The notes beneath the pieces were generated by a model, which saw nothing but the letters and a program-made list of their open reading frames with translations, was not told the origin of the DNA and ran no database searches. Made by a program: the position numbers and the translations under genes. Shown here piece after piece: positions 10,341 to 20,471 of a stretch of DNA of 64,000 bases; within the stretch, counting starts at the first letter, position 1; each line of letters begins with the position of its first letter. Source of the stretch: an uncultured virus (IMG/VR IMGVR_UViG_3300035208_003226) (Duplodnaviria; Heunggongvirae; Uroviricota; Caudoviricetes); the IMG/VR virus record IMGVR_UViG_3300035208_003226. One strand, written 5' to 3'.

Positions 10341-12167
10341 ATGATAAATCAAAAACTTTTAATCCTTGATATAGAAACGTCATCATTAGATATAGAAACC
10401 ACTAAGATAAAATTTATCGGAGAATACGATATAAACAAAAATGTTTATAAAATTATAAAATATTCCGAAATAAAGCAACAGAAAAAAGATATTCAAGATT
10501 ACATAAACACCTTCGATTTCATAATAACATTCAATGGAGAACAATTTGATTTGCCAATATTAAAAAATCATGGAATAATAATTCCTTATTGGAAACATAT
10601 AGATTTGTATAATGTTTTTAAAAAGCGTGCACCACTACTTCGTTCTGGAGGATATAAAAGTTATTCTCTTGACAACATAACAAAAGAAATTGGATTAAAA
10701 GTTAAGAAAGGCGAGATAAATTATAAAATATTTCAAAAAAATGAATGGACTGAAAAAGAATTAGAAGAAATTTTTAAATATCTTAAACAAGATTTAGAAC
10801 TTACATTAGGATTATGGGAATTTTTAAATGATAAATTTAAACCATTTGCTGAATTTATATCAAAGAAAGATGCAGATAAATTTAAGCACATAACATCTTC
10901 TGCTGGAGCATTTGCTTATAAAGTAATTACTAATCTTCTTGGAATAAAAGATGAGTATGATGATGTATATGGCAATGATGAATATGAAGGAGCATATGTT
11001 AAAGCGCCATTAAAAGAAACTTCTCGTGGCAATATTTTATATTTTGATTTTGCTTCACTTTATCCTATGATGTATATTCATGCAAACCTTTTTTCATCTA
11101 AATGTGATTGTTGTAAGCAAGAAGAAAAATGGCATGGTAATGAAACTTTTAAAATAAATGGATATTATTGTTCAAAACATCAAGGTAAAATAGAAGAACT
11201 TATTAAAACATTATTTCTTAGAAGAAAAGAATATAAAAAACAAAAAGATAATAGAGAATTTGCATTAAAGATTGTGTTGAATAGTTTATATGGAATTAGT
11301 GCTAAGCCGTCGTTCAAACATTTATATTCTAAACATACAGCATCAGATTGCACAGCACTTGCAAGACAATGTATATCCTTTGCTATGGATGAATTTAAAA
11401 ATAAAGGATATGAAGTTCTTTATGCTGATACAGATAGTTGTATTGTTGAATTAAAAAAAGAACAAAATAAAAATAATTGTATAGAAATTGCAACAATGAT
11501 ATCAGAGGACATATCTGGTAATTTTACATTTCCTTTTGTAGAATTTAATTTTAAATTAGAAGACGAGATAAAATATTTGCAATTCTTTAAAGGAAATGAT
11601 GGTGAATTAAATAAAAAGAATTACTTATATATTAATAAAGACAACGAAATAACATTAAAAGGACTTGATATTATAAAAAAGAATTGCTCTGAATTAAGTG
11701 TTTTGATTTATGAAAAATATTTGAAAGAGCAGATTATAAAGAATTTAGATTGTAAATTTGAGAAAGAATATATCGACGATTTGATAAAGAAGATTATAAA
11801 AGAAAATAAATTAATCATAGCAAAACAATTCAGCGTTAAAGACTTTAATAAATATAAATCTAAAACTTCTATCTATTATATGATAAGAGAAAAATACGGA
11901 GAAGGAGAACTTATGCTTATAAAAAACTATAAAATAGGTGTTGGTAAAGGAATAAAATATTGTTCATTAGATGAAGCAAAAGAATTAAAAATTGATGATT
12001 TAAATTTAGAGGACGTATATAAAGAGTTATCGCCATTTATAAGAGATTACGAAAAAGAAAAACCAATTAAAATCAAAAAAGAAAAAGTAGAAAAATTTAT
12101 TATAGTTGGAAGACAAACAGGTAAAAACCGTTCCAATTTTAGTAGCAAACAAAGGAGTTTATTTTAA
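10341..12167 (+). CDS. polB: Family B DNA polymerase
   Basis: Exo DIET, FNGEQFD, YLKQD; Pol DFASLYP, KIVLNSLYG, YADTDS; C-terminal QRSLF. Confidence 0.95.
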   Translation: MINQKLLILDIETSSLDIETTKIKFIGEYDINKNVYKIIKYSEIKQQKKDIQDYINTFDFIITFNGEQFDLPILKNHGIIIPYWKHIDLYNVFKKRAPLLRSGGYKSYSLDNITKEIGLKVKKGEINYKIFQKNEWTEKELEEIFKYLKQDLELTLGLWEFLNDKFKPFAEFISKKDADKFKHITSSAGAFAYKVITNLLGIKDEYDDVYGNDEYEGAYVKAPLKETSRGNILYFDFASLYPMMYIHANLFSSKCDCCKQEEKWHGNETFKINGYYCSKHQGKIEELIKTLFLRRKEYKKQKDNREFALKIVLNSLYGISAKPSFKHLYSKHTASDCTALARQCISFAMDEFKNKGYEVLYADTDSCIVELKKEQNKNNCIEIATMISEDISGNFTFPFVEFNFKLEDEIKYLQFFKGNDGELNKKNYLYINKDNEITLKGLDIIKKNCSELSVLIYEKYLKEQIIKNLDCKFEKEYIDDLIKKIIKENKLIIAKQFSVKDFNKYKSKTSIYYMIREKYGEGELMLIKNYKIGVGKGIKYCSLDEAKELKIDDLNLEDVYKELSPFIRDYEKEKPIKIKKEKVEKFIIVGRQTGKNRSNFSSKQRSLF

Positions 12168-12904
12168 TGGTAGAACAAAGATGGCTTAGTAAAAGCCAAA
12201 TAAAAACATTTCAACAATGTCCTATGAAATGGAAATATCTTTATATAGATGCTATTCCAGGAGTTTCATCTCCTGCACAGAATAGGGGTATTGATATTCA
12301 TTCTAAGGTTGAAAAGTTTTATAAAAACATTGATATAATTCAAACAAAAGAAAAGACTGAAATTAGATTAAAGAAACCCGACAAAGACCTTGATAAGTTT
12401 ATAGAATTTGAGAATAAGAGAATACAAGATTGCAAAGATGAAACAGGAGAAATTAATATGGCTTATTTTAAACCATTGTTCCAAGAACTAAAAGTCAGTA
12501 ATGATGAGTTGAAACTTCGTGGAATTATAGATGCAGTTTATTTAAACCCTAAAGATAATAAATTAATTATAATAGATTGGAAGACGGGGACACCATCAGG
12601 AGATATGGACGATTATAGATTAGAACTTGCGATTTATAAAATCCTTTTTGATTGTGATACACATATAAATAAAGTTCAAGGACTTGATGTAGGATATTGG
12701 GGAATATATTTTCTTGATAAAGGAAAACTGTTTTTTGAACCTGTTAGCGATAAGTGGGTTAAGAAAGCTTTAAATATTATAAACAAGGTTAGATTAGATA
12801 TGGAAAGAGGAGATTATAAAATGAAGCCGTCATTTTGGTGTAGATATTGTCAATTTTCAAAAAGTGGGAAATGTAATGGAGGGCTTGTAAATGGGAATGC
12901 ATAA
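12167..12904 (+). CDS. PD-(D/E)XK Cas4/RecB-like exonuclease
   Basis: QQCP, GIID, IDWKTG, WCRYC..C. Confidence 0.85.
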   Translation: MVEQRWLSKSQIKTFQQCPMKWKYLYIDAIPGVSSPAQNRGIDIHSKVEKFYKNIDIIQTKEKTEIRLKKPDKDLDKFIEFENKRIQDCKDETGEINMAYFKPLFQELKVSNDELKLRGIIDAVYLNPKDNKLIIIDWKTGTPSGDMDDYRLELAIYKILFDCDTHINKVQGLDVGYWGIYFLDKGKLFFEPVSDKWVKKALNIINKVRLDMERGDYKMKPSFWCRYCQFSKSGKCNGGLVNGNA

Positions 12905-13499
12905 AGGACAAACAAATTCTGGAAGTTTTAAGAAAAGACAACATCCTTGGAATTATGGATTAACGAAGGAAACGGATAAGAGAGTTAAAAAACAATCTGA
13001 TTTTTTAAAAGGGCATATAGTTACTAAAAAAACAAGAAAAATTTTATCAATCAAACATAAAGGAAAACATCATTCAAAAAGTTCTAAAAAGAAAATATCT
13101 ATTGCAGTTAAAAATAGAAATCCAGAAGTATGGAAAAAAACAGTAGAAACAAGAAGAAAAAACAATCCTATTTGGCATACAAAAAAAACAAGAAAGAAAA
13201 TAGGATTAAAAGTCTCTGGTAAAAATAATGGTTCTTGGCAAGGTGGAATTTCAAATAAACCATATACATATAATTTTAATACAAAATTAAAAAAACAAAT
13301 AAAAAAAAGAGATAAGTATAAATGTCAATTGTGTAAAAGTAAAAAAGATTTATGTATTCATCATATTGATTATAACAAAAAACATTCTTTTCCTAAAAAT
13401 TTAATAACATTATGCAGAAAGTGTAATAATAAAGTTAATCAAAATAGAAAATATTGGAAAAAATATTTTAAATGTGGAGGGAATAATGTCAATATTTGA
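12891..13499 (+). CDS. Free-standing NUMOD3-HNH homing endonuclease
   Basis: HSKSSKKKIS-type repeats; RDKYKCQLC, HHIDYNK, NLITLCRKC. Confidence 0.85.
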   Translation: MGMHKGQTNSGSFKKRQHPWNYGLTKETDKRVKKQSDFLKGHIVTKKTRKILSIKHKGKHHSKSSKKKISIAVKNRNPEVWKKTVETRRKNNPIWHTKKTRKKIGLKVSGKNNGSWQGGISNKPYTYNFNTKLKKQIKKRDKYKCQLCKSKKDLCIHHIDYNKKHSFPKNLITLCRKCNNKVNQNRKYWKKYFKCGGNNVNI

Positions 13500-14463
13500 A
13501 GGAGGACTTCCTCGTAAAATTTTTACAGATGAGAAAGAGTTTCTTAAATTTGTAAATCAGAATAACGGAATTAAGAATGCCATTTATAGAAGTCTTTACA
13601 ATTTTAAAGACACAATGTTAAAGAACGGAAAAGAAATTCCAAATTATGAAACAGCAATTATAGATAAAGTGATGTTTGATTTTGATGATAGGGAATGCGA
13701 TAATAAGGCGTGGGAAGAATGTAATAAACTTCATCAAGAATTATGTAAAGAAAAAATAAGACACAAAATTAATATGTCGGGTAGAGGTTATCATCTTTTT
13801 ATATTAACTGAAGAACGTGATTTAAAATATCCAAAATCATCAATTTATAATTGTCAAAAATTTTATATTGATAAGTTAAAGTTACTTTGTGATGATAAGA
13901 TAGTTGGTAATATTGCACAAATGTGTAGAGTTGCAAACACTTATAATGCAAAAGCAAAAAGATTTTGTGTTCCTTTAACGCAAGATGTTTTTGAAAAAGG
14001 AGATGAATATTCTAAGAATTTTGGATTAATGCAACGACTTCGAACATATACTTCTTTTATGGGTGGAGATAAATTACTAAACTTAAAACAGTTTGATAAT
14101 GAAACAAAACAAGATTGCGGAATTATTATTGAAAATTTAGAACAGAGTTCTTCAGATAACATTGTATTAAAAGATATTCCAATATTTATAAAAGAACTTC
14201 TTGAAAAGAAAACTTCGAATTATAAAGAACGGTATCTTATAATTTTATATTTTAAAGAAAGTGGTAATACAAAAAAAGAAATATATGAAATATTAAAACA
14301 ATATTTAACACCAAAGAAATTTCATCATTGCATATCTGAAGAACGACAATTACAATATCTTTTTGATAGAGATGATTTAGTTTTTCCATCATTAGATACC
14401 ATACAAAAAATGGGAATTAAGGTAAATAATGCCGATTACCGAAAGATTTATAAATTGTGGTAA
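13486..14463 (+). CDS. priS: Archaeo-eukaryotic primase (PriS-like) with C-terminal helical PriX/PriL-like domain
   Basis: FDFD, SGRGYH, RVANTYN; ATG 13486 follows GGAGG. Confidence 0.85.
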   Translation: MSIFEGGLPRKIFTDEKEFLKFVNQNNGIKNAIYRSLYNFKDTMLKNGKEIPNYETAIIDKVMFDFDDRECDNKAWEECNKLHQELCKEKIRHKINMSGRGYHLFILTEERDLKYPKSSIYNCQKFYIDKLKLLCDDKIVGNIAQMCRVANTYNAKAKRFCVPLTQDVFEKGDEYSKNFGLMQRLRTYTSFMGGDKLLNLKQFDNETKQDCGIIIENLEQSSSDNIVLKDIPIFIKELLEKKTSNYKERYLIILYFKESGNTKKEIYEILKQYLTPKKFHHCISEERQLQYLFDRDDLVFPSLDTIQKMGIKVNNADYRKIYKLW

Positions 14464-14482
14464 AACCGAAACATTTATAAAC
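14462..14482 (+). promoter_or_regulatory. Archaeal BRE-TATA promoter heading the glycan operon
   Basis: AAAACCGAAACATTTATAAAC; ATTATATAAT palindrome at 14499-14508. Confidence 0.72.
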
Positions 14483-14540
14483 TTGAGAAATAATGTATAT
14501 TATATAATTAGAGAGATGTTAATTAAAAGAGAGGAAAATT

Positions 14541-14786
14541 ATGTATAGAGGTTCGGCGATACAATATCAAATAAGAAAGACAACTGTAGGAAATAAAACT
14601 GGTGATAATTATGCTATTACAATTCCAAGAATTATAGCAGAACAATTTATGGATTGCACATTTAGAATTACTGTTTCTGGAAATAGTATAATGTTTATTA
14701 GTGGTTGTAAATTGACAATCAACGATATTAAAAACGATTTAGAAAATCAACATCCAACTTTGGATGGGATGGTTATATTCAAATGA
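14541..14786 (+). CDS. AbrB/MazE-like DNA-binding protein
   Basis: IRK..VGN....YAITIPRIIA swapped-hairpin pattern. Confidence 0.6.
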   Translation: MYRGSAIQYQIRKTTVGNKTGDNYAITIPRIIAEQFMDCTFRITVSGNSIMFISGCKLTINDIKNDLENQHPTLDGMVIFK

Positions 14787-15460
14787 CAAACTGGTTTTAT
14801 AATTTAATTTATGGAAAAAAAGATGCTGAGATATTAGAACTTAAAAAACAAATACCTAATTTAAATCCAAAAGAAGAATACTACAACGATAAATATCCGA
14901 AAATTAATTTGACTTATAAGAGAATAGAAACTGACGGAACATATAATGTTGATTTACGTGAATTTATAAATCCTTTTAATATTTCAATTCCAGTAATAAT
15001 TGAAAATAGCGATGATGCAATTGCATTACAAGGATTGTGTTGGGTTATAGATAACATAAAATACATTTCAGATATAGCCGAATATAAATCAGAAGAGTAT
15101 TGGGCATATGCTTATCAAACATTATTTCATAAAAAAGGAGATTGTGAAGATGGTGCAATTTTACTTTATAACATACTACTTAAATCTGGTGTTCCTTATT
15201 GGAAACTTCGATTAAGTGCTGGGTTTGTAATAAACCCAGCAAATAATAAGAAAGAAGGACATTGTTATTTGACTTATTATTGCGAAACTTCTGACAAATG
15301 GGTTGTTCTTGATTGGTGTTGGTTTCCTAATAAATTAGAAATAACAGATAGAAAAGATTACAAAGAAGAAATAACATATTCAGCTGTTTGGTTTTCTTGG
15401 AATCAAAAATATTGTTATTCTCAAGGATTAAATATGAATGCACAAAGGATGCTTAATTAA
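14783..15460 (+). CDS. Transglutaminase-like cysteine protease
   Basis: GDCEDGA, GHCY, VLDW triad. Confidence 0.85.
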   Translation: MTNWFYNLIYGKKDAEILELKKQIPNLNPKEEYYNDKYPKINLTYKRIETDGTYNVDLREFINPFNISIPVIIENSDDAIALQGLCWVIDNIKYISDIAEYKSEEYWAYAYQTLFHKKGDCEDGAILLYNILLKSGVPYWKLRLSAGFVINPANNKKEGHCYLTYYCETSDKWVVLDWCWFPNKLEITDRKDYKEEITYSAVWFSWNQKYCYSQGLNMNAQRMLN

Positions 15461-16632
15461 TGGCAAATATTTTATGGCTTAGCGATTCGCCAACGACTGT
15501 AACTGGATATGCAACAATAAGTTGGAATGTATGTAATAAATTAGTTGAAGCAGGACATAATGTTTATTTCTTAGGACACAATTATGTTGGACAACCTATG
15601 CTTCCTGGAACAACGTTTCCTGATGGAACAAAACTTAATTTCACAGTTCTTGGTGGAAGCACAAAACCTTATGCAATGGATTTAATAATGCCTTATATAA
15701 AAAAATATAAGATAGATGTATTTGCAGTATTACTTGATACATTTATGTTATATCCTTGGTTTTTAAATTTAGATTTTTCTCCTGCAAAAACAATATTTTA
15801 TTTTCCAAGTGATGGAGGAGGAGGAATGCCTTTGGGTTGTGAGAACATATTACGAAAAGTTAATTGTCCTGTGGCTATGGCTAAGTTTGGACAACGACAA
15901 GTAAAAGAACTTTATAATATCGATACAAAATATATTCCTCACGCAATTGATGTTAAGAATTATTTTCCATTGCCTAAAGAACAAAAAGAAGCATTAAAAG
16001 CAAAGTTTGGATTACAAGGAAAGTTTGTTGTTGGAGTAGTTCAAAGAAATCAAGGGAGAAAAATGCCAGATAGAATGATAAAATCATTTGCAATATTTGC
16101 TAAAGACCATCCAGATGCAATTTTATTTTGTCATACTGACCCTTATGATTGTGCTGCACCAGTAGATTTAATGCAACTTATAAATCGTTATAAATTAAAT
16201 AATCGTGTTATGTTTTCTGGAATGACATTTTTTAATGGTTGGGATTATAAACAGATGAATGAATTGTATAACATGTTTGATGTATATTTTTTAACTACAA
16301 GTGGAGAAGGATTTGGAATACCAATTATTGAAGCAATGGCTTGTGGTATTCCTCCTGTTGTTACAAATTATACAACAACACAAGAATTACTTGTTGAAGA
16401 TGGACAATGCGGATTACCAGTTAAACTTGCATGCGAATTGACTGGTTCATGGAATGTTGAACGAGGTCTTATGGATGATGAAGATGGAGCAAAATGTTTA
16501 TCTTTACTTTATAATAATTTACAATTGAGAGAAGAATTAGGAAAGGTTGGAGTTAAAAAAGCAAACGAATTTTATAATTGGGATACAGTTGGTGATGAAT
16601 GGAATAAACTTATAGGAGAGTTATTAAAATGA
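15460..16632 (+). CDS. Glycosyltransferase family 4
   Basis: TGYA, IPHAID, RNQGRK, EGFGIPIIEAMACG. Confidence 0.92.
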   Translation: MANILWLSDSPTTVTGYATISWNVCNKLVEAGHNVYFLGHNYVGQPMLPGTTFPDGTKLNFTVLGGSTKPYAMDLIMPYIKKYKIDVFAVLLDTFMLYPWFLNLDFSPAKTIFYFPSDGGGGMPLGCENILRKVNCPVAMAKFGQRQVKELYNIDTKYIPHAIDVKNYFPLPKEQKEALKAKFGLQGKFVVGVVQRNQGRKMPDRMIKSFAIFAKDHPDAILFCHTDPYDCAAPVDLMQLINRYKLNNRVMFSGMTFFNGWDYKQMNELYNMFDVYFLTTSGEGFGIPIIEAMACGIPPVVTNYTTTQELLVEDGQCGLPVKLACELTGSWNVERGLMDDEDGAKCLSLLYNNLQLREELGKVGVKKANEFYNWDTVGDEWNKLIGELLK

Positions 16633-17510
16633 ATTATATTATTTCGGGAAGTCGTGGATTAATTGGAGAAAGATTAAAAGCAAGATTAGATAGTCAAGGA
16701 CATAAATGTATGTTAGAAATAGACCAAAGATGTGGAAGTGATATAAGATATTTAAATTCATATCAAATTACACCAACTACTCAGAAAACAGATATCTTTT
16801 TTCATCTTGGGGCATTTTGTAAAATAAATGAAACAGTTAAAGAACCATCATTGGCTCACTTTAATAATGCTGAAGGAACATTTCAAGCATTAGAATTTTG
16901 TAGAAAAAACGGAATAAAAAAATTCGTTTATATGTCTTCATCAAGAACATTATCTCCTGAAGAAAATCCTTATACTGCATCAAAGAAATATGGCGAGTTT
17001 TTATGTGAAGCATATAAGCAATGCTATAACATAGATTATCTTATTATTCGTCCATCAACTGTATATGGAGAACATCATGATTTAACAACTCGTCTTATAA
17101 CAAAGTGGGTTATTAATGCTTTAAAAAAAGAACCACTTATATTATATGGAGATAGAAATAAAACTCTTGACTTTACTTATGTTGAAGATTTCGTAGATGG
17201 AATATTTTGCCTTTTGAATAATTGGGATAAAGCAAAAAATGATTGGTATGATATATGTGGAGACGATTGTAGAAACCTAATTGATGTAGCAAGTATTATA
17301 GGAAAAACAATTGCAGATGTCAGTCCTACCAAACATTGGGGTATAGATATAGATATGCAAGAACCTGAGATAGCTCAACCCCAACAAGTCAAAATTGATA
17401 TTTCAAAATTAAAAAGATTTGGATATAAACCAAAAGTAAAATTAGAAGAAGGAATACAAAAATTAGTTCATTTTTATTTAACGGAGGGAAGAAAATGGAT
17501 AACAAATTAG
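16629..17510 (+). CDS. NAD-dependent NDP-sugar epimerase/dehydratase
   Basis: SGSRGLIG, SSS, YTASK, DFTYVED. Confidence 0.9.
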   Translation: MNYIISGSRGLIGERLKARLDSQGHKCMLEIDQRCGSDIRYLNSYQITPTTQKTDIFFHLGAFCKINETVKEPSLAHFNNAEGTFQALEFCRKNGIKKFVYMSSSRTLSPEENPYTASKKYGEFLCEAYKQCYNIDYLIIRPSTVYGEHHDLTTRLITKWVINALKKEPLILYGDRNKTLDFTYVEDFVDGIFCLLNNWDKAKNDWYDICGDDCRNLIDVASIIGKTIADVSPTKHWGIDIDMQEPEIAQPQQVKIDISKLKRFGYKPKVKLEEGIQKLVHFYLTEGRKWITN

Positions 17511-18850
17511 TTGTAGTTATAACGGGACAGAATTGCGAGAAGTTTATAGGAATGAATTTAGATAGTGTTAAAGATGCAGATGCTATTATTTATTGTGATG
17601 GTGGAAGCACAGATAAAACAATTCCAATAGTTGCTAATTTTCATAATACAAATGGAATGCATGTTGATATAATTCAGAATAAATGGAATTCGGAAGATAA
17701 AGCAATGAATGGAAAACAAAGAAACTTTTATCTTGAGTATATTAAAAAAGAACATCCAAACGATTGGTGTCTTGTTCTTGATGCAGATGAATTAGTAGAA
17801 GATTTATCAAAAATTAAAGAATTTATAAATGACCCAGATAGACGACCTGGACTTTATAATGTTAAAATGCGACATTTCATTGGGGATTTAGGGCATGAAG
17901 ATGCAACTCGTCCTGTGCATGTTGTTCCTGCTCGACTTTTTAAAATCTCAGAAGCAAAAGGATATCCTTTACATAGTCATCCAGTTCTTGAAGGAGAATT
18001 AATGGGAGCATGTTTAGATACAACCATTTGGCATTTGGGGCATCTACCAGTGGAATATATGGATTATATATTAAAGCGATATAAACAACACGCTGAAGAT
18101 AGTTTAATTCATACCCAAGAATTTTTAACACAATGGAAATATTCACATTTGCTTGGACATTATCCATCAAAAGAAATTAATCCTCTTGAATTACCAAAGC
18201 AAATTGTAGAGAGATATGAAATTAATACTGATATGTTTTATCATAGTAGATATCAATTAGAATTAAAAAATGCTATTATGGTTAAACAATGGAATGATTA
18301 TTTTAAACCTTTTTCATTATTAGACTTGGGATGTGGAAGAGGATGCTATTTATATTTTTGGGATTGGTTTAGTAATACAAGTATAGGTGAAGGAATAACA
18401 GATATAAAAGGGATAGAATTAAGTCAATGGGCTGTAGATAATGCTTTTTGTGAAAATATAGTTCAAGGAGATATTTCAATAGAAGAAAATATTAAATGTG
18501 AATGGATACAAGAAAATAAATGGGATTTAATAACAGCTATAGATGTCCTCGAACATTTGACAGATGAACAATTAGATAAAACTTTAAAAAATATGGTTAA
18601 GTATGGAAAGAGATTTTTGTTTTCAATTCCATTTGAAGGAGACCCAAACTTGATAGCTGATAATACTCATAAACAATTTCATGATAGGGGATGGTGGGTT
18701 AAAAAGATTGAAAGTTATGGAATATTAATTAAAGATGCACCACAAGATTGGCTTTTTGCTCATCAACTTTTAATAGGAGAAAAGATGACATCACAAGGAT
18801 TTAGAAAAGCAATAGAAAATGCTGGATTAGTAGGAGAACAATTCAAATGA
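17495..18850 (+). CDS. GT2 glycosyltransferase fused to a class I SAM methyltransferase
   Basis: DGGSTDKT and LDADE; C-terminal LDLGCGRG and DVLEH. Confidence 0.88.
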   Translation: MDNKLVVVITGQNCEKFIGMNLDSVKDADAIIYCDGGSTDKTIPIVANFHNTNGMHVDIIQNKWNSEDKAMNGKQRNFYLEYIKKEHPNDWCLVLDADELVEDLSKIKEFINDPDRRPGLYNVKMRHFIGDLGHEDATRPVHVVPARLFKISEAKGYPLHSHPVLEGELMGACLDTTIWHLGHLPVEYMDYILKRYKQHAEDSLIHTQEFLTQWKYSHLLGHYPSKEINPLELPKQIVERYEINTDMFYHSRYQLELKNAIMVKQWNDYFKPFSLLDLGCGRGCYLYFWDWFSNTSIGEGITDIKGIELSQWAVDNAFCENIVQGDISIEENIKCEWIQENKWDLITAIDVLEHLTDEQLDKTLKNMVKYGKRFLFSIPFEGDPNLIADNTHKQFHDRGWWVKKIESYGILIKDAPQDWLFAHQLLIGEKMTSQGFRKAIENAGLVGEQFK

Positions 18851-19065
18851 AAGGAAAATATAAACACAATCTTGAAGGAATAACAAAAGTAGAATTAATG
18901 CAAGACAAAAAAGGAACATATATTGCTTATTGTAAATTAGAACATCATACTGGAATTTTAAATTCTAAAAGAGCAGAAATGTGTGAATTAAGAAAATGTG
19001 ATAATTATAGAAAATTATATATTAAATATGGAATTAGTTTAACTTCGGAGGAATTTGATTTATGA
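18847..19065 (+). CDS. Small Cys/His hypothetical protein
   Basis: 72 aa, ATGA-coupled. Confidence 0.55.
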   Translation: MKGKYKHNLEGITKVELMQDKKGTYIAYCKLEHHTGILNSKRAEMCELRKCDNYRKLYIKYGISLTSEEFDL

Positions 19066-19502
19066 TACCAAAAAATAAAAAATATTTAATAGTTGCTGTT
19101 TCGGGATATTATGACCCACTTCATGTTGGACATTTAGAACAGTTTAAAATGGCAAAAGAACTTGCAGGAAAGAAAGAAAAGTTAATTGTAATTCTTAATA
19201 ATGATGAACAGGCAAGTTTAAAAAAAGGAAAAGTATTTATGATACAAGAAGAAAGAAGAAAAGTAATAGAAGCAATAAAATGGGTTGATGAAGTTTATAT
19301 GAGTATAGATACAGACAAAAGTGTTTGTAAATCTTTACAAGTTATTAATCCTGATATATTTGCAAAAGGTGGTGACAGATATAAGGGTGAGTTATTAGAA
19401 GATGATATTTGTAAAAAAATGAAAATAAAAGTTGTGGATGGACTTGGAGGGAAGATACAAGCATCTTCTACACTTTTAGAAAATTGGGAGAAGAAAAAAT
19501 GA
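19062..19502 (+). CDS. Cytidylyltransferase-like nucleotidyltransferase (TagD/RfaE-C family)
   Basis: SGYYDPLHVGH, KGGD, SSTL. Confidence 0.88.
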   Translation: MIPKNKKYLIVAVSGYYDPLHVGHLEQFKMAKELAGKKEKLIVILNNDEQASLKKGKVFMIQEERRKVIEAIKWVDEVYMSIDTDKSVCKSLQVINPDIFAKGGDRYKGELLEDDICKKMKIKVVDGLGGKIQASSTLLENWEKKK

Positions 19503-19828
19503 CATACTTAAAATCAATATCAAAATCTTGGGGTGCAGAATATTGGCTTATTAATAATAATTTATATTGTTCTCGTCTTCTTATATGCGAAGAAGATAAA
19601 TGGAGTTCGAATGGTAAGTATCATTATCATAAATTTAAAGATGAAACATTACATGTTATTAAAGGAAAATTATTACTTCAAATTGAAGGTAAAAAAATAT
19701 TCTTAAAAAAAGGAGATTGTTATAGAATAGAACCTATTACAAAACATAGATTTATGGCATTAAGTAAAAGTTGTGAAGTCATAGAATTATCAAATAACAA
19801 TATTGAAGGAGATACATATTATGAATAA
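19499..19828 (+). CDS. Cupin (sugar isomerase-like)
   Basis: KSWGAE, HYHKFKDET, HRF. Confidence 0.8.
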   Translation: MTYLKSISKSWGAEYWLINNNLYCSRLLICEEDKWSSNGKYHYHKFKDETLHVIKGKLLLQIEGKKIFLKKGDCYRIEPITKHRFMALSKSCEVIELSNNNIEGDTYYE

Positions 19829-20471
19829 ATATAAACCAACAGATTTAATAGCATTTGAAAAAGAAGTGATAGCCGAATTTAAAAAAGGAGAAACTTATGG
19901 TCCAGTTCATTTAAGTGGTGGCAACGAAGAACAACTTATAGAAATATTCAAACAAATAAAACCTAAAGATTGGGTTTTTTCTACTCACAGGTCTCACTAT
20001 CATGCCTTGTTAAAATCAGAAGACAAGCAATGGTTAATGAAAAAAATTATAATAGACGGAGAAAGTTCTCATATAAATTCTAATAAATATAAAATTTTCA
20101 CATCGGCAATCGTCGGTGGAATAATAAATATATCACTTGGAACCGCATTAGCAATTAAATTAAAGAAACAAAATAATCATGTTTATGCATTCGTTGGAGA
20201 TATGGCTTCTGAGATGGGATATTACTATGAAGCAATTAAATATGCAGAAAACTTTGATTTACCAATAACATTTATAGTTGAAGACAATTCTTGGGGATGT
20301 TCAACACCAACAAAAGATGTATGGGGAAAAAGAACAATATTAAATTCTCCTAAACAAATAATTTATAACTACGAAAGAATATACCCACATTATGGAATAA
20401 ATCAGTGGGTAGAATTTAAAAAGAAAAAAATTAAAAGTATGGGGGATTATCAAGCATATAAAATAAAATGA
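19821..20471 (+). CDS. TPP-dependent enzyme, E1 alpha-like subunit
   Basis: HLSGGNE, STHRSHYH, GDMASEMG...EDN. Confidence 0.88.
   Translation: MNKYKPTDLIAFEKEVIAEFKKGETYGPVHLSGGNEEQLIEIFKQIKPKDWVFSTHRSHYHALLKSEDKQWLMKKIIIDGESSHINSNKYKIFTSAIVGGIINISLGTALAIKLKKQNNHVYAFVGDMASEMGYYYEAIKYAENFDLPITFIVEDNSWGCSTPTKDVWGKRTILNSPKQIIYNYERIYPHYGINQWVEFKKKKIKSMGDYQAYKIK

Noticed and set aside
10341..12167. Intein in PolB (also checked for terL)
   Set aside because: Compact proteins with contiguous motifs and no intein termini
12167..12904. Cas4-like gene as a sign of CRISPR-Cas
   Set aside because: No other cas genes and no repeat-spacer array seen; the context is replication and recombination
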